A stretch of DNA of 64,000 bases, from positions 355,176 to 419,175 of the forward strand of contig NMRA01000401.1 in assembly GCA_002633005.1 (NCBI GenBank), read 5' to 3'. The notes below the pieces were generated by a model. It worked only from the letters and a program-made list of their open reading frames with translations, ran no database searches and had not been told where the DNA came from. The translations under genes and the position numbers were made by a program. Below are positions 1-12,900 of the stretch, in pieces (position 1 is the stretch's first letter; every line of letters starts with the position of its first letter). This DNA comes from Phoronis australis. Lineage: Eukaryota; Animalia; Phoronida.

Positions 1-254
1 TGCCAAAATTGTTCGTTGTTAGAGGCATGCACAACGCAATCTTGACGTTATATAGCGTAGTAGCCAGCACACTAACTCGGGGCAGCTGGAATATCCAATC
101 GCGTCAAAATTCCGAAATTTCGATTAAAGCATATTCATAAAAGACCCGGATTTAACTATCATGTTTACTTATTATCCACACAGCATTTGCCGAGAATAAT
201 ATTTTCAACTCGTCGGTAATAGCGAGCCCAGTTTCATTCCCAAAGTCCCTAATA

Positions 255-551
255 CATGGGCGGCGCACCATAGGGGGCTGGAGGGGGGGGGGGCTGAAGC
301 CCCACCTTTTCAGTGCTACGCCGCACATGGTCTATAGGCGGTGCACCACAGAGGAGGCTAAGAGGGCTTTAGCCCCCACTTTTTTCAGTGCTACGCCGCA
401 CATGGTCTATAGGCGGTGCACCACAGGGGGCTGAAGGGGCTTTAGCCCCCACTTTTTTCAGTGCTACGCCGCATATGGTCTATAGGCGGTGCACTACAGG
501 GGGCTGAGGGGGCTTTAGTCCCCCACTTTTTTCAGTGCTGCGCCACCCATG
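255..551. mobile_element. Small MITE with an internally amplified ~70-bp tandem unit (~4 copies)
   Basis: Termini CATGGGCGGCGCA / TGCGCCACCCATG, flanked by CTAATA / CTAATT. Unit GGCGGTGCACCACAGGGGGCTGAAGGGGCTTTAGCCCCCACTTTTTTCAGTGCTACGCCGCACATGGTCTATA. Shorter relatives at 20762-20829 and 43659-43715. Confidence 0.7.
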
Positions 552-1289
552 CTAATTTTGAGGCATTTAATAAATGCCCAAGGTAATCTTAGTTTAATTG
601 ATAGCTTAGGATTAACAGAAATTCATTTAAAAATGCTCTCCAAGATCAACCGTGCTGTAAAGTTTGTTTTGGTACTTGGTTTTATTTTTTTCATCAGTCC
701 CAGTCAAAATTGCATTAAATCATATTTTTGACAGCAGCCCTCATGCCAACTAGAGGAACACTGAGTTATACACAACTCCCAATTTGGAGAACAGTGTATA
801 AAAAATAAGTGCAGATAGTATGGTACACATACCAGACCTGTCCAGGCCGCCGCGGTGCGTGGGCCCACACCTTTCACCTGTAACAATTTTTATGCTATGT
901 GTAGTTAAAACCAAGTTAAGGACTAGCTACTGTAGAAATGTCTAGTAGTGTGCCCAGTGTGTCCGGCCAGTAGGACTTGACTGAACATTTGACTTTGACT
1001 TAGTACTAAGTGGACACTTGTCAAACTTGCCTCCTCCCTAACAGAGCATTAAACATAGTAGTTTAAAGTTTCGTGATACGAATCAGATAAGCCAGGCTGG
1101 CTGAAGTCAGCCAAATTTGGAATTTTTCTCCTACCCTTCATTAATTTCAGAATGCATGAATTCACAGCTCTTACTAAGCACGAAACTCTCCTCGTGTGAC
1201 CTCTTACTACTACATCACAAGACCATAACAATGTGTCAGCTGGTACAAGTTGAGTGTTACACTATAGTACAGATGAGTTCTTCAATAGC

Positions 1290-2421
1290 CAGGGTTCGAC
1301 ATAACGAGCTGTAGGTCGCATTTGCGACCTGAAATTTGGAAATGCGAGCTGAGATCTTTGTCGATTAGCTCGTATCAAGTCGCAAATTGCGACCTGTAAC
1401 CGATATAACCCAGAACTGATACTTCCCTGTGGCGATGATGCTTTGGTGGATGTTCTCTAAACGTTATATTCTATGCCCGTAGCCAGCTATTGCAACTAAA
1501 CGGGTACTACAGGTGCGAAATTGTGGTTAGCGAACTTTTTATTCTTCTCTTCATGCAGTTCAGGCTAGCGCCCACCATAGCGCACTACAAACGACCGCGC
1601 GTGGCTTAAAATTGACACGAATCCTATATAGTCACTCTCATTTTACACAACAAATTCAATAAACGTTGTTTCTCAATATGTAAAAGCCAAAGTTAACACT
1701 AGTGACATGCGTGTCGTTTTGTGACTGACCTATTTTTTCCGTACTTGGAAGGGGTGTTGAGGAGCAAACCCGAGTTACCCGATGGAAACCCGCACCGAGT
1801 CGGCGATTATTTCGAGGCTATTCATTTCATGGAAAAGTAATTGTTGAGTACGCAAACAGCATAAGTACCACATTTTTGTTGTGAAATTTGCACTGAATTG
1901 TTCCCGCGCATCCAAATACGTCATTCGGTTAGGGCATCGTTTCAAGGATTTCTTTCGAGAGATGTTTTTCAAACGTCGAGTTAAGTTGCAAAATTTGGGA
2001 TGCGAACAAAAAGTGGAGGGAATCTGCACTCCGAGTTAGTTTGGATCTTTAACGCTTTGATGACACCCAGTAGCAGGTGAGAAGGCCTGGAAAAATAGTT
2101 AGAAAGCACTGATTCAATTTTCACGTCGGCAACTTGCCTTACGCTCTAGCGCCTTTGAATGGCGGTCGTGAAGAACACCAACGCCGTACCTGCAAGAACG
2201 AACTCGATTTTGCGATCTGCAATTTGTGAGTGTTTAACGCTGCAGGTAAGAGCATAATCTAAACATTTCTCGATGATCTAAAAGTCAATTTTGGTGCGTA
2301 AAAATGGCTGGAAAATTTTGCGACCTGTCATTTATGAATGGAGCTAGATTTTGAGAATTTTCCTGGGATTTTGGCTAGGTCGCAAAATGCGACCTGGTGA
2401 TTTTAATGGCGTGGAGCCCTG
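1290..2421 (+). mobile_element. Non-autonomous hAT-like DNA transposon with CAGGG...CCCTG ends and a 6-bp TSD
   Basis: AATAGC at 1284-1289 and 2422-2427. Subterminal AGGTCGCA..TGCGACCT palindromic repeats. No coding capacity. Confidence 0.8.
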
Positions 2422-2858
2422 AATAGCCCATATTCAGTCTAAATACCTTATGCACGCAGGTCAGTGTATGGCTTCATCTTCATCCTCCTTGAAGGAATCT
2501 CTCAATAATGATGCACTGTCGCACACAAATCTGGTGCAACTGGTCCACACTGTCCGATTTGTGCAACAGGTGGGCTTGTGATGCAAGATCAGCTTAATCA
2601 ATCAAGGAGGTAAAACTCATTTGTTTTCCGCCTGTCAATACTACGGAAGTATATTTAGCTTAAAAAATTTAAACAATTAAAACCTGTGGTTATATATGAT
2701 TAAGTTTCAGTGATCAGTGTCACTTTGATTGTTTACATTCACTGGACATGCAAACAGTGAATAGTTTGTAAGCAGCATGAGGCAACTCCTACGCTAATAG
2801 TTTGTTTTTGAGTTTTGTTAGCAGAGGGCTTAGGAGATACAGGTATGGGTGCAAAAAN

Positions 2859-4127
2859 AAACGTTGTTTCTCAATATGTAAAAGCCAAAGTTAACACTAG
2901 TGACATGCGTGTCGTTTTGTGACTGACCTATTTTTTCCGTACTTGGAAGGGGTGTTGAGGAGCAAACCCGAGTTACCCGATGGAAACCCGCACCGAGTCG
3001 GCGATTATTTCGAGGCTATTCATTTCATGGAAAAGTAATTGTTGAGTACGCAAACAGCATAAGTACCACATTTTTGTTGTGAAATTTGCACTGAATTGTT
3101 CCCGCGCATCCAAATACGTCATTCGGTTAGGGCATCGTTTCAACGATTTCTTTCGAGAGATGTTTTTCAAACGTCGAGTTAAGTTGCAAAATTTGGGATG
3201 CGAACAAAAAGTGGAGGGAATTTGCACTCGGAGTTAGTTTGGATCTTTAACGCTTTGATGACACCTAGTAGCAGGTGAGAAGGCCTGGCAAAATCGTGAA
3301 TACTTTGTCAATGGGCATTCTCTCACTTTTCACATCGAAAACTTAGCTACTCGAATGAACGTTTCAGTTAGGAAGCACTGATTCAACTTTCACGTCGGCA
3401 ACTTGCCTTACGCTCTAGCGCCTTTCAATGGCGGTCGTGAAGTACACCAACGCTGTACCTGCATGAACGAACTCGATTTTGCGATCTGCAATTTGTGAGT
3501 GTTTAACGCTGCAGGTAAGAGCATAATCTAAACATTTCTCGATTATCTACAAATCAAATTTTGGTGCGTAAAAATGGCTGGAAAATTTTGCGACCTGTCA
3601 TTTATGAATGGAGCTAGATTTTGAGAATTTTCCTGGGATTTTGGCTAGGTCGCAAAATGCGACCTGGTGATTTTAATGGCGTGGAGCCCTGAATAACCCA
3701 TATTCAGTCTAAATACTTCATGCACGCAGGTCAGTGTATGGCTTCATCTTCATCCTCCTTGAAGGAATCTCTCAATAATGATGCACTGTCACACACAAAT
3801 CTGGTGCAACTGGTCCACACTGTCTGATTTGTGCAACAGGTGGGCTTGTGATGCAAGATCAGCTTAATCACTCAAGGAGGTAAAACTCATTTGTTTTCGG
3901 CCTGCCAATACTAGGGAAGTATATTTAGCTTAAAAAATTTAAACAATTAAAACCTGTGGTTATATATGATTAAGTTTCACTGATCAGTGTCATTTTGATT
4001 GTTTACATTCACTGGACATGCAAACAGTGAATAGTTTGTAAGCAGCATGAGGCAACTCCTACGCTAATATTTTGTTTTTGAGTTTTGTTAGCAGAGGGCT
4101 TAGGAGATACAGGTATGGGTGCAAAAA
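2859..4127 (+). repeat. Near-identical duplicate of 1661-2857 (probably the second haplotype joined by a single N), including the 3' part of the same hAT-like element
   Basis: Single n at 2858. Identical spurious 84-aa ORFs at 1775 and 2973. Scattered SNPs and a ~70-bp indel near 3290-3365. Confidence 0.85.
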
Positions 4128-4970
4128 AACAAAACCGCCACTAGGAGGCGCCACAGTAGTCAAAGTTGTCGGAAAATCATTGTCAACTATCAATATAGAA
4201 AGAACATGCATGCCAGCTTTCTCATTCATCCTTAAAGTGGTTTGGTTGACAGAGGGATGGACACCAAAAACCAGACTTGAAAACAAAAAATGGCCATTAG
4301 GTGGCGCAAAGTAACTTGAATCAATATGAAGATGAATGTCTAGCATCATCTCACTAATAGATGTCTATGTGCCAAATTTTATGGAAATTCATTGAGGACC
4401 TTTGGAGATACATAGGTAAACCTAAAAAAATAAAACATAGAACATTTAGGAGATACAGCCATGGGTGCAAAAACAAACAAAACTGTCACTAGGAGGCACC
4501 ACAGTAGTCGAAGTCATTGGAAAATCGTCAACTGTCTTCTTCATAGTAAAAACATACATGCCAATTTTTACAATCATCCTTAGAGTGGTTTGATTGCTAG
4601 AGGGGTGAACGCAAAAAAAAACGACTTGAAAATAGTAAAACTGGCCACTAGATGGCGCAAAATGCGAAAACAAGAGGATAGCATGAACTCATTAATAAAT
4701 GCCTATGTGCCAAATTTCATCAAAATCAGTTGAGGACCTTTGAAGATACAGAGGCGAACGTAAAAAACTAAAATTGCCACTAGGGGGCATAGCGGTATTC
4801 GAGTCCATCCGAAACTCGTGGCCCTTTGTCGTCAACCCCATAGGAACAAACCTGCCAAATTTCAATAAGATCCTGCAAGGGATTTCGGAGATACAGCCGC
4901 GGACGCCGGACGCCAGGCGCCCAGACAGAGATGACGGCAATATGCGACCACATATAAATATGTGGGAACA
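4100..4970 (+). mobile_element. Helentron/HINE-like non-autonomous element with internal tandem units and a 3' hairpin
   Basis: Repeated blocks (GGAGATACAG..CCACTAGGAGGC.., GTGCCAAATTT..GAGGACCTTT). GGACGCC/GACA microsatellite-like tract at ~4901-4930 and terminal stem-loop CCACATAT-aa-ATATGTGG at 4948-4965. Confidence 0.5.
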
Positions 4971-5544
4971 CAGTCATGTTGGTCACTTGTCTTACTTGTT
5001 CGTTTTTTGACTTTGAACCTTGGGTGCTAAATATGACAGCAATTACCACATAACAACACATTCTGCCAAGCCCGTGAGTAGCGACCCACTCACTGAAATC
5101 CGTGAATGCCCCATCAAGCCTTTGATGTGCCGCAGAATTTGCTGGCTATTCTGTGGGTAAACAATGCACGATTTCTCATCCACTTGCATGCAAATCCTGT
5201 TAGCGGAAGATTTGCCTGAGGAGGACTACAAGTCTGTTGCAATATTATGCATAGACCCATTCCATCAGCGGGGGATAGCACCAGTTGGCAGTTACCCCCC
5301 AAGATTTGAACAACTGAGTAACAAACAGCTACGTAGGGAATGAATTAGGCAAATCAAACTTTATTCATGATTACCTACATTGCAAACTTTATTTCAGAAG
5401 TATTCACCTCATAAAGCAATTAAAAACATAACCAAACCTCTAACAGTATTTCATCCGATCTAAACACTGTGAGTGCAACAAAACCTCAACAACAGCTTAT
5501 TAATAAAACAGCCATACTATCAGCTTCCCGAGGAAAGATCGCCT

Positions 5545-8500
5545 TCACAGCTTCACCAACATTGGGGACACCAAAGAATCGGCCTTCTCTTTTCCAACAA
5601 GTGTTTCAACAATTTTCAGCGCAAATTCAAAGCATGTTCCGGGGCCCCTACTTGTGATCACTTTCCCATCAACATGGACACGGTCCTCACTGTACTTGTA
5701 ACCTGGAAAGAGATGTGACGGTGACGTCAACCTGGTGTATCAATTCATGAATATCTGCGGCAATATCCCGCAACGCACAAAAGGAACTTCATACATCACT
5801 GCTCAAGATAAATAGAATTGATGACGCCAGTGCATCTTGTACTAATTTTTATGCTGCACAAGTTGGTGCTACAAAACGACCAGTTTCTAATGACAAAAAA
5901 TCTTTACAGATCTTGAAAAACAAATAATAACTAAATTTACATAAAATCAGAGACTACAGTGGTACAACATCTGAATCCAAACAGTCAGATGAAAATGAAA
6001 AAGTTGTTGCATGTCACTGTCATTGTTTACAACAAAATGCAGGACAGTTTCTTCAGAGAGGCAGTGAATTAAATGTGAACGTATCTCCGGTCGACATAAG
6101 TTGCATCCAACACTTCGCCAGTCCCTGTCACGGATTGCAAAACAACTCCACAAAAATTACTTCTACTCATCTTCATAAGGACGCTGCCTTCCCCCCTTCC
6201 CCTCCAGCTTATCACTCATACTGTGTAGTGTAGCGAAACCCAAACTAGGCTGAACCCCTCAGTAGACCATGCCAATTAATTGCCACAACCCTATCAGATG
6301 CATTAAACTACCCAATCTAATGAAAGCCACAATATAACTCAACATTCCAGCAGTTTGTCTTACCTCCATCACGCAGTTTATCAGCCACACTGGGATGTGA
6401 CGTGACAGTACCTCCACTGTGGATGCCATGACTGAGCAGGGCTGTCGGAGCTGAAACAACAACTGTGTTCATGTTTCTTCTGCAACTGACATAACACAAA
6501 ACACTTTCATATTATTATAAGCACACCGCATATTTAACCACACCCACCTGCATACAAACATCTTTTTAGTCACAAGAGTAAGCAAAGGCTGAATCTTCAA
6601 GTTGTTACGGCACAGTGTATAACAACAGGTGGTGATGACAGAGAACTCAGAAAAGTGGGATTGACTTTATTTCTCTGTAATCATCCTACATAATCCACCA
6701 TGAATAAAATCGATCCTGGATCAAACTAATCACCCAGTTGAAGTTGTGTATTCAAAACATATATGAGCTTCACAATTAAAAAAATTATCATAAATACGTT
6801 TATTGTTATTTTCTTATTTCTTTAGTTTTGTTTCAGTTAGACATAAACAACACGTTTGAGGTCATGCTGAACTCTTCACTACAACAAAAATACTAATTGC
6901 AGGATTAAGTATTTTTGTCTAAAGACCATAAGTGATTTTTATGCTAGTAACCAACCTGGTGACATCTTCCAATGCCAAATGGTTGCTGTGTTGTTTACTG
7001 GCAATGCTTGCAATGGACGCTAGATTGGATCATTATTGGGGTTTCCATGTTATCGTTTGTTTGGTCGGTTTGTTTACAAGTCACGCATCAACATTCCTGG
7101 ATGGACCCCCAACCGTCTCATTACACATAATCCTTGTGTGGTGAACCTCTCATGAGGGTTGGCACATGAGGGGTCAATGGAAACCAACTGTTACCATGGC
7201 TACACATCCTTACCACAAATTGCAAGAACTCTTGCCACAGAACCTTAACTCCAGCCGCATTCAAGCAAATCTTGCCGCAGGCCATGTTAAGTGCAGAGTG
7301 AGCAAAAAAATAACACATGGAAACTGGATTAGTTTACACATTTTCGTCACTTGTGGCAATAATTGTCAGAGTGCAATAGTGCATGAATGTTGTTGTAATT
7401 CCAGGTTCTGTGGTAAGCCATACCCGCGCATACTGCAGCAATCAGTCTACCATTCTTTTCCTGGGCTTTGAGAATCTCCTTGACAAGTTGTGACTGAAAC
7501 AGTAAATAAAAAACATTACCTTTGACATTCACAGTGAATATGTGCAAACTACTCTTAAAAGGTTTTAACTCTGCCTTTTCCACGCTTTATAATCTAGTAA
7601 GAGGATCAAAATCCTGTCCCACCAACTCCTCATTTATTTTCGTCACCTCAGTGTGCCATAAGACACAAAAGTTGAACACAATATCATGCACGAGTCTGTT
7701 GGTGAATGTGTGCCACACACTATGGTCTTAATATGTTACTGGAAAAGCGAAGCTGGATTGTAGCAGCTGTTGACCCCAGAGTTGCCACAGCACCCTTGTT
7801 CACCATCGGTATCGTCCAACTTTGTCTCACATCGACCAAGCAAAGTTATCGTCTATTCATGATGTCACGTCGCCAGAATCTACTAGATTGCCTATTTGCA
7901 GAATGTCTTGTTGCTAATTCAGTCAGAGTCTTGTTGATTTTAGAAGCTTAACTTTGCAAATCATGTATGTGACCTTTCAAAGCCTAATTTAAGGGGATTG
8001 TCTCCACACAATTTGTCAAAATCGCTGAACAACTTGCTCTGCAAGTCCATTCGCTAATAAATAATTAGCAACTTGGCGCAGTAACTTTAACTCTGACAAA
8101 ATTTAAAAAAAACTAACATTTTGTGCAAACATCAAGCTACACTGCCAAATAATGCTGGCAAGAAGTTCGCCATAGTCTGCCAGAGCTCTGTCTTAGTCTG
8201 TCTAGTTTATTACGAAAACTTTACTAATACCCATCAGCAGAACTACCGACAAAAATTAATGTTAAATTGCTGATTATATAATTGTCCAAGTCTCATGTGA
8301 AAAAGGCAAAATCCCACTCATGGGATGGAAGACATAACATTTCGCTGCAAACAGTAGTCGGATCCTCACTAGCTCAGTAGTAAGAGCACTACACCAGCAA
8401 TCTAGAGACCTGTGGTTTGATTCCCAGTAGGGATTCCCGATTTTTCTGTGTTATAATTATCAGTCACAGAAGTACCTGCATTAGAACAGCTCAAGCAAGT

Positions 8501-9259
8501 TATCAATCAGAAAAGCAAGACTACTTCACTCACTGCAGCAAGGTTTTCGGAGCCTGTCAATCCCCCAGGACAAACAACAACATCGTAAGAGGTACCATTC
8601 TTGACAGCATCAGCCAAGGACTTGTCAGGTTTGATTACAACGTTCCGGCTACATGTGACAGGATCTGCACCACTCAAACCAGCCACAGTGACATCAATCT
8701 ACAAAAGAACGGTGACAAGACTGAGAAATTTTACAAAGTTTGAAGTTTAAAATCAGACCTTTTAGCAGTCCTTTGCCAGTTGCCAAATCGGCAAGTGGCC
8801 ATTTTTACTGACACAGCGCATACTCTATTTTTACACTGCGCATACTTCTGGTGCACGCAGTTTAAAAATGGCCACTTGCCAATAATTTGGACAGCTGAAA
8901 GAAGGACTGCCAAAAAAATTGATTATAACAATATGCGAGTATTTGTTAAGAGTGTGCAAAAAAGGTGGCAACGCGACATTGATACTTCAATCAGTAAGCC
9001 ATAATTGGCCGAAAAAAGCTTGCGGCGTATGAAGCGCATAGAGGAGCAATACCGTCTCAACTGGGGCCTGTCTACAGCCTGTGGCAGTTCAGGTCAGTGA
9101 GAGTCAGACACTGTCATTGAGACAGTAGGCCTAAATGAGTAAAGAGCAAGACTTATTAAAGCAAACAAGACATACTCCACCACGTCGCATAACATCCACC
9201 GATATAACGGTTTCCATTTCCTCAGCACCTTCCGCTAAGATCACTAGAGCTGAAGACAT
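5545..9259 (-). CDS. PARK7: Protein DJ-1 / Parkinson disease protein 7 homolog (deglycase/glyoxalase), 5 coding exons, 187 aa
   Basis: Exons 9176-9259 ([28 protein letters not shown]), 8534-8698 (IDVTVAGL...[15 protein letters not shown]), 7424-7493 ([23 protein letters not shown]), 6364-6450 ([10 protein letters not shown]...VTSHP), 5545-5702 (YKYSEDRV...[20 protein letters not shown]...*). All junctions are GT-AG with consistent phase, total 564 nt. Catalytic Glu (GAEEME) and Cys (AAVCAAP) are present. Poly(A) signals on the minus strand at 5360-5365 and 5388-5393. Confidence 0.97.
8365..8450 (+). mobile_element. tRNA-derived SINE-like remnant in a PARK7 intron
   Basis: A-box-like TAGCTCAGTAGTAAGAGC and B-box-like GGTTTGATTCCC at tRNA spacing. 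No convincing cloverleaf. Confidence 0.5.
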
Positions 9260-9462
9260 CCTTGAAATGCTAAATAAACCACTAACACGAGGCGTCAAGT
9301 GTTTTAAACAGTTAGAAAGCATATATTTCTTAGCAGCCGATCATTTCGGAAACCCTTGCAACCGGGAAAAAGACCTACTCTCGCAACTAAATATTTACTG
9401 GGGCGTCCTCTCTTGGAGAACTTTAAGGCTCATCTTGTTTTTTAATATTTCGAATTACTTAC

Positions 9463-9972
9463 ACTTCCAAAGTACAGCGTGTACTTATTTTGTCAGTTAA
9501 ACTTCTATAAATATTTTGTTAAACTGGTATTTTACAATCCAAACTATACTTTCAGTGCATGTTGACAGTGTCTAGGTACGAGAGTATGACTGTTTGGTTG
9601 CCAAGCCAAAGACGGACATGCGTCACGACTCACTGAACCGAATGTACAACCGACGTTGTAAAGGGGTCGTTATTTTTTAATTAAGGTAGATTTGGACCTA
9701 GTTTTCAAGTTTATGATCCGGTAACTGTGTTCTTAATTACCTGGCGAACATGGATAATTACATGTTGATGTAGCGTTCACCTGTTTGATCTGGACCGCGT
9801 CAGTGTTTTTTATCCCAGATTCTGGCTGGTCCGAAAGAGAGTTAATTGTTCGACGTAAATATTAATTTTACAAAGTGTTGCTGTTGTATCACAAAGTGCT
9901 GAAGTAGAGGTCGCCTGCTGCCTTCCGTAATACCGTGCAGAATAGGTACAGTGTTTACCGTGGTCGACAACC
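9463..9972. promoter_or_regulatory. Putative bidirectional promoter and 5' UTR region shared by PARK7 (-) and FHAD1 (+)
   Basis: The divergent ATGs are at 9259 and 9973. A minus-strand donor GTAAGT at 9462 suggests a non-coding PARK7 exon, and a plus-strand donor/acceptor pair at ~9721/9818 suggests a 5' UTR intron in FHAD1. The region is locally CpG-richer and has an X-box half site GTTGCC at 9597 and TGCGTCAC at ~9619. Confidence 0.6.
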
Positions 9973-12900
9973 ATGGTGAAAGGATTTCTAAAAAGCGCAG
10001 AAGGAATTTACAACCTTGCTCCCAAAGTTACCACTGTTGGGCGTGAGGGATGCGATTTATCCATACTGGTAAGTTAACAGATTATGAGATTTTCTTCTTC
10101 CTCCATTAATGATTAACATGCAGACTCAAAACATGAGTATCTCGCACAGAGCGCTGTACATGTATACATGCCAAATTGATACGTACAATATATTGGTTCC
10201 TGGGTACAGTGCCATGATGGGATGGTGTCCGCAGGGGGCCCGGTAATCCAGCAGCGCAACACGTTTGACTGATTGCGTTGCACCTTCAATCTCACCATAG
10301 ACCATTGTGACATTAATTCTCCAGAGGTTTTCATCAATTCCATGACACGTCATATATCACGAATTAGTTTTTAATTGCAACTTGTTTGGTCACAGTAAAA
10401 TCTAACTACACATAATTCTGGACAAAAATAATTGCCTAAATTACTCTTTTTATTTTTTCAAGGACACCTAAATTCATTTTTGAATGCCCACAATTTTTCA
10501 AAACATTGTCTGCTGGTAACTGGTACTTGGATATGACCGCATCATTTTGGACACTGGTTTATGATATGGGAATGAAGTTTCACCTGTCAGAAAACATGTT
10601 GTGTCGTAAATTGGTGCTATACATGTTCTGTGTCCTAAATTGGTGAGATTTCTTCGCACTTTGTTTAAGTGGGACTTCAGCACAAACTTCAGGTTGGTAG
10701 GTGCATGTATATGTGTGGCAGCCCAGCTGATCAGATGTCTGTTGTTTCAGCATCCTAATGTAGATTTACAACACGCTGTCATCGAGTACAGTGAGCAGGA
10801 GGAATGCTTTGTTCTGCAAGATCTCAACTCTTCACAAGGCACCTATGTCAATGAGTGCCGTGTGCAGAATGCTGCGGTCAGGCTGGCCCCTAATGATGTT
10901 ATCCGATTTGGCTTCAACGGAACACAGTATCAGCTCCATGTAGACCCTGCACCTCAGGTAATTACCTATCTGCACCCCTCTGGTAGTTGTTAGAATTGAT
11001 GAAAGTGAGGAGATGTACGTGTGCTATGATGATGATTATGTTATCTTGTCTGGAACCATTGCTCAGAAATAGACTACGCTTAGTAGAAAAATTAAGCCAG
11101 TGAAATAACTTGAAGCATTCCAGAGATGTGGATTTCGATAAAAAGTGAAGTAGACAAAAATATCTGAAAACTGGTTAAAGTGCGCTAACTTATAAGATAA
11201 ATTTGTAAATCCTAAAATGTGATGCCTTAAGAGTTTCGAGTTACAATCTGGTTCCAAAAGATTTGACAATAAGTCACCTGGTTTTATGGATGCGTATCTG
11301 ACAATGTTGACATAGAAAGTCAAGTTGTTTGCATTACTGAAAACACTGCTTGAATGCAGTCTAACTTTAAATAGATTGAAGAGAAAAACATTTTGACAAC
11401 TCTACTCTTTGATTCTTCAGTATTATTTTCATAATATAAACTTGTACCTGTAAGAAATGCTGCTAATTTAAGTGAGTATTTTTCATTTTTGAGAAGTTTG
11501 TATAATCACAACGTGTAGCATAGCTGTAGTCAACCTGCTTCTGATTGTTTTGAAGACTTAAGCATATTATACCCTTGTTCGATATCCAAGTTGCTGTTTG
11601 AGTGTCTTAAATTTGAACCTACTTTGAACATTTTTGGGTTTTACTCAAAATTAATATTGACCAATTTTTTCAAAGGTTTACTGCATTGCTTCAAATACTT
11701 AAAATTTTACCAAATTTCATTTAATGTTAGCTACATAATACAAACTATATTACCGTTCAAATCTTAATCCCATTGAATATTTGAATTTGTTTGTGATGAA
11801 GATTCTGGCAAAATAGAACTCCACTTTTCCGTTGTCTTTTTTGTCTGTGCTAAAGGCTCTTAACCCTTGATTTTGCTATGGATGTGTTTGTCAATGTTTA
11901 CCCAGATGTCTGGGTGTTAACATGGTTGTTACACACCTGGCTCTAAAGATAAATTTCTTTATCACTTGTGTTTCAACTACTATAGAATTTTTATGCGTTT
12001 TGTGTGAACGTAAACTATGACTTTTGTTTCACAATTTGGCCATTTAAATAGTGTTTACAAAACTGATCTTGTGTCTCAATTCAAACGTATCTCTGGTACG
12101 CCAAATTGCTCCATTAATCAAGCTCCCGTACTTATGTCAAAAATAAAACCAATCTTTAATTCAGAAGCATTCCCAAGTAATGGTTTGATAGCTGAATCTG
12201 GCATTAATGTGCTCTCTTGTTGTGATTTGAATCTAAAGTGTACATTAGTTCTTTAAACAAACTAATGTTCTGTGGTTTATGAACAGTTTCATTTACTCCC
12301 CAAATACATTCATTTCAAGCACAGTATTGGTCATTGAAAAGAAAATACACTGTGTGTTAACCTACAGGTATTCACACATACACAAAACCTGCCACAATGA
12401 ATACACATCAGACAGTTGTTCCTACTGGCTGAAAATTTCTGTTTTGTGTATTGCACTGTGAAGTGGAGTAAACAGCAGAGATACACATACTGAAGGCAGT
12501 GTCTCAGTTACTCCGTTTATATTCTCATTTTTGTTCTGTGATATTTTATTTTGAAAAGTTGAATTGTCAAAACTTAATGATGAAGTTTAAAGTTGTCAAA
12601 ATAAAGACCAGTTATGGAAGCTTTCTGGTCTGTTGAAACTCCATTGCAACCCAGGGTTTCTCGAACTCTTTTCCGGCAAGTGACATTGGAGTCATGACTA
12701 GCTCTATGGATTAAACACTAGATTATGTACTAGTTGCACTCACAGAATTTGAGTATGTACTGCTGCATAGGACCCTATGTGGCTTGTACTTTGGAACGTG
12801 ACATCTCAGACACGGCAGATTGGATTCATGTGAATCTTTCAGCATTTATTAAGAATTGCTTTAAAAAGCCGAACTTTTGCATGAGTGGCTATCAAAGAAA

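Noticed and set aside
255-551. CRISPR-like array
   Set aside because: The units are contiguous with no unique spacers, there are no cas genes, and the context is eukaryotic.
1775-3227. Duplicated 84-aa ORF as a gene pair
   Set aside because: It lies inside a non-autonomous repeat duplicated at an N join, starts at a non-ATG codon and has no recognisable domain.
8365-8450. Functional tRNA gene
   Set aside because: A and B boxes are degenerate and the acceptor and anticodon stems do not pair convincingly, so a SINE relic fits better.
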